47,162 nucleotides of DNA, from assembly GCF_001194135.2 (NCBI RefSeq), contig NC_068997.1:7666225-7713386 (forward strand), given 5' to 3'. Position 1 is the stretch's first letter. Every line of letters starts with the position of its first letter. Origin of the DNA: Octopus bimaculoides (lineage: Eukaryota). The notes under the pieces are model-generated. The model saw only the letters and a list, made by a program, of their open reading frames with translations, did no database searches and was not told the origin of the DNA. The position numbers were made by a program, and so were the translations under genes. Shown piece after piece: positions 36,725-47,162 of the stretch.

Positions 36725-37902
36725 GTACATAAACACACACACACACACACACACAAACACATGCGCACTTGTATGCATCCATCCATACATACATACACAC
36801 ATACATACAGACATACGTACTGGCATACATACATGCATACATACCTACAGATATACATATAAACGTACACATATACATATATACATGCATACATACGTAC
36901 TTGCATGCATACAGACATGCATACATACATACATACATATATACATACATATATAAGTACATACATGCATGCATACATACATACATACGCACATACATAC
37001 ATATATACATACATACATACATACGTACATGTATATATATTCAATTTTTGCCAAACATCTTGTCAGCACATTTTCTTTTACTTTCTCTCTCTCTTTCTCC
37101 CTCCCTACCTCTCTGTCTCTATCTCTGTCTGTCTGTCTGTGTCTCTCTGTCTGTCTGTCTGTCTCTCTCACATACACACACACACACAGTTTCTTTTTTC
37201 CTTCTTTGTCTTTCTGTAATCTTGTATTTGTTTATGTGTTTTTTTAATCTGTGAGAATATGTGCGCACATCTCTGTGTGTGTGTGTATATATGAATGTAT
37301 GTTTGCGTGTATTTATGTGTGCGAGAATGTATGCGTGAGAGTGTGTGTATGTGTCTCTGTGTGTGAGAATGTGCGAATGCTTGTGTGTGTGTGCGCGCGC
37401 GCGCGCGCGTGTGTGTGTGTTTTAGCATTCAGTTGGCGACCGGTGCTTTCATGTCGATCGTTCAGCACAAAAGACCATTCGTGGTGTGATTCTAGCGACG
37501 CCACACGTTGTTAAGAAATCTCAAACAGACGCCATAATGCTTGGAGAAAAAAAGTTTCCGGCGAAACTGACGCCGTCGATACGTTTGGTATACGAGATAC
37601 ATACATACATACACACACATACATACATACATACATGCATACATACATACATACATACATAAACACATACATACATACATACATACATACATGCATACAC
37701 ACATACATGCATACACACATACATACATATATACATATATACATACATACATGCATGCATACATGCATGCATACATACATACATACATACACACACATAC
37801 ATATATACATACATATACGCATTTATGTTTGTGTGTTGTCTAAAGATATATATATATATGTGTGTGTGTGTGTATGTGTGTGTGTGTGTGTGTGTGCGTG
37901 TT

Positions 37903-37993
<91 letters not shown>

Positions 37994-38355
37994 GTATATG
38001 TACGTATATATATATACATAAATATATACATACATATATACATATATATATATACATATATATGCATAACTATATACATATATATGTATATATATTGTGT
38101 GCGTGTGTGTGTGTTTATATATATATACGTATGTATATATACATACACACACACACACGTATTTAAATATACATGACTATTCATGTGTGTGCGTGTGTCT
38201 GTGTATACACGTTCTTATATATACATTCACATATTCATTCATTCATACATACATAAACACGTTCATAAATATACGTAAGCATACACAAGTACACACACAA
38301 ACACACGTACACGTACACACGCACGCACACACATACGTGTACACACGCGTGCACA
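36725..38355. repeat. Large compound microsatellite field ((TACA)n, (CA)n, (TA)n, (TC)n, (CG)n)
   Basis: Direct reading. Accounts for all the long Y/I/H/T/C/V/M ORFs in the track here. Confidence 0.92.
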
Positions 38356-39204
38356 GATATTTAATGGAGTCTTAATTGAAGTAATGGAGTATTGTATAAA
38401 CGGTCCGATTTATCGATCTGCAAATCAATGGCCATAAGGATAGATTAATAAAGGAGTTGGTCTGCAATGTTATGCCTGTGTTGATCGTATCAGCTTCGTG
38501 ATGTTTCAGCTTCCCTGCCATGATAACAATGTCAACTGATCATAGATTGGTCAACTATGCTAATATATTGATGAAGTATTGTATAGTCGTGTCCTATACT
38601 GTAGTGTTATTGTTGAGACCCGATTCAACTCTGAAAAGAAAACCTATAATCAAAAGCATTCCAGTTGTGCCCATCCCGTCTCGTTTGTCTACCAATAAGT
38701 ACATTGTGCAGTGTTTTCGTTCTTTCTTTTTTTTCTTTGTTGTTGTTTTGAGATGGTAATGTGCAAAATGTGCACATATAAACTCTCCCTTGTTAATGTA
38801 ATTCCAGTGATTGGAAGGGAACAGATGTTTTGAGCGGGATATGGTGATGGTGAGGTGAGGGGCACGGCCGTCCGATGCGCTGTTCCGTGGAATGGTGAGG
38901 TAAGGCAGCTCGTAAGGTTATGTAACATGGTGAGGTACTCTATGGTCTGACCAGGCGTTCTGTGGTCTTTCTATGCAAAAGATTCACAACGAATTTTAAG
39001 TTCGAGTTGATGCCTTTCTCAGCCACTGTGCACGCCATTTTTCCTTTGCCATGAAAAAATTCGAAGAGCAAAAAGAGTGCTTATTTATTTATTTATTTAT
39101 TTATTTATTTCATTTAATTATTTATTGTTTATGGCATTTTTTTACACCATCGACTCGAAGACATTTTCCTGCTTCCCTAAATATTCACGCGTGTCGTTGA
39201 AAAT

Positions 39205-39345
39205 TTTTAAGAGTGTCTGGTAGAGCTGTTGCAAAAAGGTTACCTCCTTAACATGGCTAGAGTCATCCGGAAAGTATTGGATAGTTGAAGAGAACAAATA
39301 GCATGACACGATGAGTTGAAGATAGCAAGCTCGCTGCTCATGCAA
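39205..39345 (+). mobile_element. R4/Dong-like LINE extreme 3' end and UTR
   Basis: LVELLQKGYLLNMARVIRKVLDS* followed by gaacaaatagcatg...catgcaa, matching the UTR at 31075-31150. Confidence 0.7.
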
Positions 39346-40061
39346 AATTCAAGGAGTTCGATCAAGACCTGAGTTAAAAGAATGGTAACAATGATATAAG
39401 ACAGAGAACGCGTGTAGAATAATTTCACAATTAAAAGAAATGGATTTCTAATGGTGCTAACCACAGTTAAACGCCGGGTCGTAGCAAAGTTAATGAACCG
39501 TGCTGGCTAGTGAATTGAAAAATGTCCCGAGTATATATGAAACACGATTGAGTGTAGAGATGCGGAAAAATTTAATAGAAGTTATGCAAAATGAGAGAGG
39601 AAGCAAATCTAAAAGTGATATAATGTATTTATCTACTGGTTCATATTTAACAAACTGATGCGGAACAAACGCACTGCAGCGACAAATTAGCAAGGTCTGC
39701 AACAGAAATATTTCCAGGAAAAAAAAAGAAAGAAAAAAAACGCGTCTTTCGTGAAAGTAAAATCGTAAATACGAAATAAATGATTTGCGAGTCAAATTAA
39801 GAAGATATTTCCCGAGATCAGGTTTGGCCTAGCTTGGCGCCTTTTGTGTCTACTCTCAGTGTCCCGTAATTACACACACTCACACATGCGCAGATTTACA
39901 AAGGAGAGATACGCACGCACTTAGACGCACACATACTAACACAGATACTCACTTCAAACACACACATACACACACACAAGCAAAACAAACAAACATGCAC
40001 ACAATGACGAAATCTAAGAGAGGTGACGAGGCTAGAGTGTTTGGCCTTTTCACTTCCGGAC

Positions 40062-40220
40062 AGTCAAATATATCGACCCTATTATGTGACAGGTACTATA
40101 TTTTATCGAAACTAGAAAGAAGAACAGTTTCTTTGACGGGATTTGAACTCAGGATATGAAGGTTTGTAAGTAAATACCAGCAAATATTTTGTTCGGAGCT
40201 CTACCGATTATGCCAGTTCA
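40062..40220 (-). mobile_element. SINE family A, highly degraded
   Basis: atatcgaccc...ggtactatattttatcga...gggatttgaactcagga...aaatacc...ccgattatgccagttca. Confidence 0.55.
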
Positions 40221-41127
40221 TTGCCAAATACGAAGACAAGAGTATAAGAGTCAAAATATGAAAGAAATTCTCACGCATACGGAAATGCATGCACACTGAC
40301 TCGCGCGCATACACACACACACACACACACGCACACACGCGCACACACACACACACACACACACNNNNNNNNNNNNNNNNNNNNNNNNNNNNNNNNNNNN
40401 NNNNNNNNNNNNNNNNNNNNNNNNNNNNNNNNNNNNNNNNNNNNNNNNNNNNNNNNNNNNNNNNNNNNNNNNNNNNNNNNNNNNNNNNNNNNNNNNNNNN
40501 NNNNNNNNNNNNNNNNNNNNNNNNNNNNNNNNNNNNNNNNNNNNNNNNNNNNNNNNNNNNNNNGCGTGTGCAGGAACTGGCATGAAGAATTAGCAACAAA
40601 TTCTATATGTCGCTAACACTAAAAGAAGCCTTATTAATTTTGACAATACCTCCTTAACGTTGTTAAAGAAATACTGCGTATGTAAATGTGTCCCTATGTA
40701 AGTGTGTGTGTGTGTGTGCGCGCGCACGCTTAAGTCACGTCGCTTCCGTTGTAACAATACAAGTATCCAGTAGAATTGGTCTTCTGTTGAGTGTATCCTT
40801 GTGTGTGAGGTTGGATGGAAGTCTGGCTAGCACACTTGTTTCCATTTTATTGAAAACTTTTAGATAGATGCCAATTACGAAAATCACAGCCATTATTGAG
40901 GGAAATGAATAGTAAAAGAAATGTACGAACATCGTAATGTTAACCACTTACATCCATCGATCTCTACACGCCATGTTTATATATATATATATTGTTTTCG
41001 AGACGCCATGTTACGAAAATAAAAGCCATTTTTAGAGAGATTAATGATAAAATAATTACAAGCTTTTACTGATTATTTTTATTTTTTTTGTTTTGCAATT
41101 TTAGCCAATCAGATTTATGTTCGATAC

Positions 41128-41171
41128 CTCATCCAGCAGACGACTGCAATCGCAATCGTCTGCTGGATGAG
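41128..41171. other. Perfect 16-bp inverted repeat with 12-nt spacer
   Basis: CTCATCCAGCAGACGA-ctgcaatcgcaa-TCGTCTGCTGGATGAG. Confidence 0.9.
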
Positions 41172-41786
41172 AAATAAGACTGGATAAATATTTACAAAAC
41201 CTTTGAAGACAAAACATTTGATAAAAGAAAATGAAAGGAAATAATAAATTAATATTTACAAAGAAATTTTGCGACGCATTGCAACCCCAAAGCCTAACCT
41301 TAATTCTCAATCCTAAAATACCAAATATGCTTATAATGTTTATTACACCGATAAATAAAGGACAACGTTCGATGGAACTGGTAATGGTGGAAAAGGTCGG
41401 TAAAAGTGATGCAGCTATGTTTTGAATTTGGATGAGTTAATATACCATGCAGAGAAGAAGATACTGACGCTTCTGGGTTGTCACTTGATCTAAGAAAGAG
41501 ATACTGTATGTTCTTTTATTGCGGGACAATATATTGACACAAATATGAGAGAACACGATTAATTCTGTCCTTCATTTCTCTGAGTTTAGGTGCTGCTGAG
41601 TTGGAAGGACCAAGTAATAAAGATCCAGTTGTTGGTGTTGTTACCGTTGTTGGTGTTGCTTAACTTCAAACCCATCCTGAATAAGAAGACCTACGATCAA
41701 ATTTGTTCCAACCGCGATTTCCCCATAATATTTCTATGTGTTATGTCGAGAAATTTATTGCGCGATGCTTTCCTTTCCTTATGCTT

Positions 41787-41946
41787 TTGAGATGGAATTG
41801 TGATTTTCGTAAATGGAATTGAGATGGAATTGTGATTTTCGTAAATGGAATTGAGATGGAATTGTGATTTTCGTAATTGGAATTGAGATGGAATTGTGAT
41901 TTTCGTAATTGGAATTGAGATGGAATTGTGATTTTCGTAATTGGAA
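41787..41946. repeat. 32-bp tandem repeat, 5 head-to-tail copies
   Basis: Unit TTGAGATGGAATTGTGATTTTCGTAA(A/T)TGGAA. Copies 1-2 have A and copies 3-5 have T; otherwise identical. Confidence 0.95.
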
Positions 41947-43141
41947 TTTGAGGTATTGCTGGCTATTATTTTGTTGCAAACCAAGCGGCTACGCAGAAGC
42001 GCCTTCTTTAGTTCAGTTTAGCTGTTGTTGATGTTGTCATTGTTGCTGCTGTTGCTGTTGTTCTTGTCCCTGTTGCTGCTGCTGCTCTTTGTCAACCTTG
42101 ATTGAAAGCGTTTATGATAAAATGCATTCCAGCGATGACCACCACGCCATTTCCTATATTAGCGTGTATATTGTCTGTGTCCTTCTTGTTTGAAAATTCA
42201 ACGGAAATTTGACTGCTTTTTAGCAGATTGGGTGATCCTGAATAGAATCTGCCGCTGAAGTCAATTAAATACGTTGCCCTGCAAAGGAATAAAGTCTGTT
42301 TAAATGAAATTGTAAATTCTTAAGTCCTGTAACCTGGTCACGTTGCTAGGACCTCGGCGAAGAAATCGTTTCCCAGCAGTGTACCAAGAACACGTCAGCC
42401 AGGCGGACTTCAGCAGCAGCAGCAACTACAGCAGCAGAGTTAGTGTCATTCATAGAATAAATCTTATCTGAAGATTTGTCGAAAATCAATTTGATATTTC
42501 CATTCCAATGTTAATGTTCATTAGACCGTAAGAATAACCTTAAAAGGTCAAGCCTATGGTTTCTATAAATAACTGCAGTTTGCCATATTTTTAACGGTCT
42601 TTTTCTTATTCTTTTGCTTTCCTTTTTTCTCATCATGACCACATAAACACTTCACTTCTTATTGAGTTGGTGACATTTCTGAGAAATGCTTCCTCTTGGC
42701 CGTAACCTCCTCTATTCGTGTTGATTCCTTTTATAGATAAAGATATTGGGAAAAAAGCGTTGAATCATAAGAGATAAGGAATTGATCTTAAGTAAAATGT
42801 CTTGAAGTCATCGCAAGTGCCGTGGAGCAAGACAAGAGGAAAGCTCCTGGGAAACAGACAGGGCAACGTTGTTTCAATCCCAGCATGAAGCCATTACATT
42901 TTTTTTATAATATCCTTGGAAGGGGCAAAATATAACTGTGTTCCATTTGTTCATTAATGTATAACGCGTCCTATTTTTAAAAATGGTGTGATTTGTTATT
43001 TCTAGAAGGCCTAGCCAAAAGCTTCTTCATTTCATTCGTCAAGGTGAAATGGGTGCGGGCGGGTGGATCAGTTATTAATCTTTTATATCCACCCCTTACA
43101 TTTTGTTGTTGTGTCGCAAGGTACCGCGACACATTTAATAT

Positions 43142-44313
43142 ATCGATGTATCGATTGGATCCTACGACAGTGTTGACATCTACGATCTTGTAGGTCACTT
43201 TGTATTAAACTCATTGAGATCCCAAGTACCCATCCCACGACATTGGTCTATACCGAGATGCCGGATTGGGTATTTCCCATGGCCGTGATGGTCACACCCG
43301 AGTTAAATTTAGGAAACAACTTCAGGCCTTAAAATTACAGTCATTACTAATCTAACGTTGATTTTTTTTATACGTTTCTCTCGACCTGAACTCTTCCTCT
43401 TATAAACCCTGCCATAAGTCCAACGAGAAACTTTCTTACATATACAAACAGTCTTGTCACCCCCATCCCATAGTTTTTAGAAACCTGATAACCAACATTA
43501 GTAATAGAATATCCGACCTATCTTCCTCTAAAGAAATTTTCATGGAGGCAGCTCCCTACTACAACAATGCCTTAGACAATAGTGGCTTTGAGGATAAGTT
43601 AATATACAGACCCTCTAGTAATAATAATAATAATAGACCTAGGAGAATAATTTGGTTGGCCCCACCCCTTTCCCTTAATGTTAAAACTAACATAGGTAAA
43701 ATATTTCTGCCTTAGACAAACATTTTCCAGAAAATCACAGGTACAGATAAATATTCAATAGGCGCTCAGTCAAATTATCATCTAGCTGCTTCCCCAATAT
43801 GAAGAGCATCGTTACATGCAAACACTACCGACAGCCTACTCCCTTTTGTAACTGTAGAGACCCAGGAATCTCTCCGCTCGACCGGAGGTGCATGATTAGA
43901 TACGTGATATATGAGGCAGAAGTCACAACAACGCTAGATGATAACAACACCGAAAAGAAGAGCTACAACGTGCTATGTGAAGGCGACTTCAAAAATCGCA
44001 ACACTAACTACATATCTTCCTGCCGACTCAGGTACAAAAGTAAAACCACTAAGTTGGCTAGCAACGTGGGGGGGGGGGGAATGAAGTCTAACGCCACACC
44101 ACATACAGTTAAGTTGAAAATAGTTGAAAGGTCCACACCATATGTCAACGGATCAAAAAAATGTAAACTTGGCATAGTTGAAAAAACACAGATCCTTTTC
44201 AGATGTATGAGCGCCACCGCACTGCTGAGTTCCAGATCTGAATTTTTCAACAGATGTAAACATATGCCTAAGTTCCTGTTGGGGAATTGGAAAATATCAC
44301 GGTATCCTGATTG
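43142..44313 (+). mobile_element. 5'-truncated, decayed Penelope-like element (RT C-terminal half plus GIY-YIG endonuclease)
   Basis: DVSIGSYDSVDIYDLVG...DIGLYRDAGLG (YRDD-type motif mutated), SLDLNSSSYKP, SCHP...NRISDLSSSKEIFMEAAPYYNNALDNSGF, IIWLAPPFSLNVKTNIGKIFL, DKHFP, IFNRRSVKLS, then CNCRDP...C...VIYEAEV...CKLGIVEKTQIL...SRSEFFNRCKH. These are collinear Penelope/Poseidon-type motifs with several frameshifts. Confidence 0.9.
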
Positions 44314-44611
44314 AGAAGCTGTACCGCAAACCCTAGGCACCTATCCATTCAGCCTTTTGACTTTACGATCAAAGGGGACATAACTATATGTTTTCCCTTC
44401 TTTTTTTCTCTGTTTACTTTTTTTCGTTTCCCGGTGTTTTCAATCTTCTACCTTTTACATCTACTTCCTTCTCGCCTATTCTCGTATTTTCTCTCATCCT
44501 ATCGTTCTGTTTTAGCTTGTTATGTCGAGCGTGTTATAAAATGCTGTCTAAGTTGTTTTTCATTGCACTGAAGCTATTAGTAGCTCATAAAAATATATGC
44601 TGCATTTATCA

Positions 44612-44642
<31 letters not shown>

Positions 44643-45611
44643 TATATACACACACACACTAGTATACTCATGCTGTTAAAAATGTTGCCACTTTAAAGGA
44701 AATAAATCAAAACTAGTAATTAATGAATGCTTTGAATTAACATACATTGCATATATTTGATATAGATTTGTTGTAACGCATCATATATATTGCAAGACCA
44801 GATTCTCACCAAAGAGTATTTACCAAAAGGGTTACATTTTGTCAAGAATTAGTGTAGCATGTGTTCCATAGATATAATGTCATTATGACATGTCCTATAT
44901 ATAGAACTGCAAATTTTATTCAATATACGTTGAATGTATATATTTTCTATGGTTATTGTAAATGAGTTTCCGTATGAAATATATTAGAATTTTTATCTAC
45001 TAAAATGCATATATTTGCATAATGTATATTCCAGGTAAAGCACATATACATTACCGAACATAATATAAACATTTTTCTATTGTGACTTTCTTTGGGAATA
45101 TGGGCAGAATGCTATTATATCCTTGGTGTAGTTTTTACCATACATACATATGTATGTATGTATGTATGTGTGTATGCATGCATGTATGGAAGATTACAAA
45201 ATGATATGTTGTTCGATGCGCTTTGTTATTCGGATTTCACGTACTTTGAACGAAACGACCAAATATACACGCTGAATCCACTGTAAGACCTCGTTTGCAA
45301 CCCGCCACATAACTGTGTCCGGAACAAATTCATGTTTGATGTGTTTCATACTCTATTGAGTTGCAAGGGCATCATTAGTTACTTCATCTTCATATAATAG
45401 ACCTCGATGTCTGTTGAGAGGAGTCTGCGCCTTTCCAATTCATACCTATGCAAGCCTCTAAACTTAACTTTCCAAGATTCTGAAGGTGAGTTCAATAACA
45501 CTAAATTGAGTTGAGAGTCACCAAGTTGTTTAGGTTGACTCGGCGAGTATAAACAGAGAATCTTTAGTAAAAATACGGATTGCTAATCACTGATCTGATG
45601 ACCAATTAGAT

Positions 45612-45800
45612 ATTCTTTTATTGTTTTACTCATTTACTTGTTTCAGTCATTTGACTGCAGCCATGCTGGAGCACCGCCTTAAAGGGTGCTAGTCGAAGAA
45701 ATTGACCCAGAAGTTATTCTTTGTAAGCAACTAAGTTACGGGGACATGAACACACCAGCATTGGTTGTCAAGCGATGGCAGGGGGACATAGACACACATG
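45612..45800 (-). mobile_element. SINE family B, 3' part
   Basis: ttgtttcagtcatttgactgcagccatgctggagcaccgcc...gttacggggacatgaacacaccagcattggttgtcaagcg. Confidence 0.75.
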
Positions 45801-46330
45801 CAACACAATATATATATATATTTGTGTTGAATTTTTGTGAATCTCTGAAACGGCCTAGCGAATCATGCATGCACCCCCATTTCAGCATTTCATCTGCTAA
45901 TTACTCAGGCACGCAGGAGCTATAGGGATAGAATGGGGCATGCCAACGCTAGGCCGAAACAGCTGTAAGTTTCTGTATATTCTCCAATNNNNNNNNNNNN
46001 NNNNNNNNNNNNNNNNNNNNNNNNNNNNNNNNNNNNNNNNNNNNNNNNNNNNNNNNNNNNNNNNNNNNNNNNNNNNNNNNNNNNNNNNNNNNNNNNNNNN
46101 NNNNNNNNNNNNNNNNNNNNNNNNNNNNNNNNNNNNNNNNNNNNNNNNNNNNNNNNNNNNNNNNNNNNNNNNNNNNNNNNNNNNNNNNNNNNNNNNNNNN
46201 NNNNNNNNNNNNNNNNNNNNNNNNNNNNNNNNNNNNNNNNNNNNNNNNNNNNNNNNNNNNNNNNNNNNNNNNNNNNNNNNNNNNNNNNNNNNNNNNNNNN
46301 NNNNNNNNNNNNNNNNNNNNNNNNNNNNNN

Positions 46331-46420
46331 CTTCTTCTAGTTTCCGTCTACCAAAATCCACTTATAAAGCTTTGGTCAGCCCGAGGCTATAGTAGAAGAC
46401 ACTTGCCCGAGGTACCACCC
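46331..46420 (-). mobile_element. SINE family B, 5' fragment
   Basis: agtttccgtctaccaaaatccac...ggtcagcccgaggctatagtagaagacacttgcccgaggtacc. Confidence 0.72.
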
Positions 46421-46599
46421 ATGACGGACCGATGCACGACGCGTCGAAACAATTGTAGTGATTAAAAAAAAAAAAAACTTTGTGAATTCTATTTTCTATC
46501 TCGTGTACGTTATAAACTCTACAGACACGAAAGAATTCATGAAGTAAATATAGTGGCATTTAAACACATACTGTTGATGACATTAGGTAGTCAAATACA

Positions 46600-46800
46600 G
46601 TGAACAGGCTTTAAACGGCCTACTACAAGGGTCTGCCTTGTCACACTTTCTCCAGAAGGTTGCTTCTTCTTCCAGCCTCAGGGAGATTTCATTTTCTAAT
46701 CTTTCATCTTTCGAGAATCTGCTGCAAAACTAGCAGATTAACTGATCTCACATCCTTAACACATTGACCATAATCAAGTAAATCTGGTTTCACAAACATT
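46600..46800 (-). mobile_element. Possible decayed RTE-like LINE RT fragment
   Basis: GQCVKDVRSVNLL, then SRFSKDERLENEISLRLEEEATFWRK, resembling the GxxLExVxxFxYLGS..S.DG.LDxEIxxRI thumb region of RTE/CR1-type RTs. Confidence 0.4.
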
Positions 46801-46994
46801 TTGCCGATAGTTGACTGATTCATGATAATTATCTTATTTACACTTATAAGAGACAAAGATCGAATTTAGTTTGAAGGGGCAGATCCTGCGTCTGTTACTA
46901 AATGTGTGTGTTACTGGGTTACACTCAATGGCATAGCGTAGGTGACATAGGAAACCTGCCAGTATATTAGAGTTCGGCGCAGATTGAGAGAATT

Positions 46995-47162
46995 TATTGG
47001 TAGACGTTGTTGTTGTTGGCACTCCGTCGCTTACGACGTCGATAGTTCCAGTTGATCCGATCAACGGAACAGCCTGCTCGTGAAATTAACGTGCAAGTGA
47101 CTGAGCACTCCACAGACACGTGTACCCTTAACGTAGTTCTCGGGGATATTCAGCGTGACACA
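46995..47162 (-). mobile_element. SINE family C, 3' part (runs off the window end)
   Basis: Reverse complement is near-identical to 19740-19895 and ends in an (AAC)n tail. Confidence 0.82.

Noticed and set aside
41787-41946. 32-bp repeat as a CRISPR array
   Set aside because: Units are head-to-tail with no unique spacers, no cas genes are present, and the context is eukaryotic.
1-47162. Long ORFs in the supplied track (poly-HT, CV, YI, X-rich, poly-N/L/I/Y)
   Set aside because: They are translations of di-, tri- and tetranucleotide microsatellites or run through N-gaps, with no coding signal.

Overview
AT-rich, microsatellite-saturated eukaryotic genomic DNA from a gapped draft assembly. 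N-runs are almost always flanked by (CA)n/(TA)n/(TACA)n. The SINE repertoire looks like a coleoid cephalopod, most likely Octopus; this is recognition from memory, not a database search. Nearly all ORF-track entries are artefacts of microsatellites or N-gaps. The only convincing host coding sequence is one minus-strand exon (13116-13296) of a trypsin/chymotrypsin-fold (S1A) serine protease with IIGG, C42 and the LTAAHC His motif. Its other exons were not found. The rest is transposon debris: at least seven R4/Dong-like (RLE endonuclease) LINE fragments, several abutting (TAA)n; a 5'-truncated Penelope-like element (RT + GIY-YIG); a split, decayed Tigger/pogo transposase; a Tigger-type MITE; an RTE-like fragment; and about 20 SINE copies of four families. 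Unexplained structures are a 114-bp near-perfect palindrome (27859-27972), a perfect 16-bp stem (41128-41171), a 5x32-bp array with a solitary inverted 18-mer about 0.9 kb upstream, and several degenerate hammerhead-like motifs. I see no strong evidence for a wholly new biological system; the findings are leads ranked by interest.
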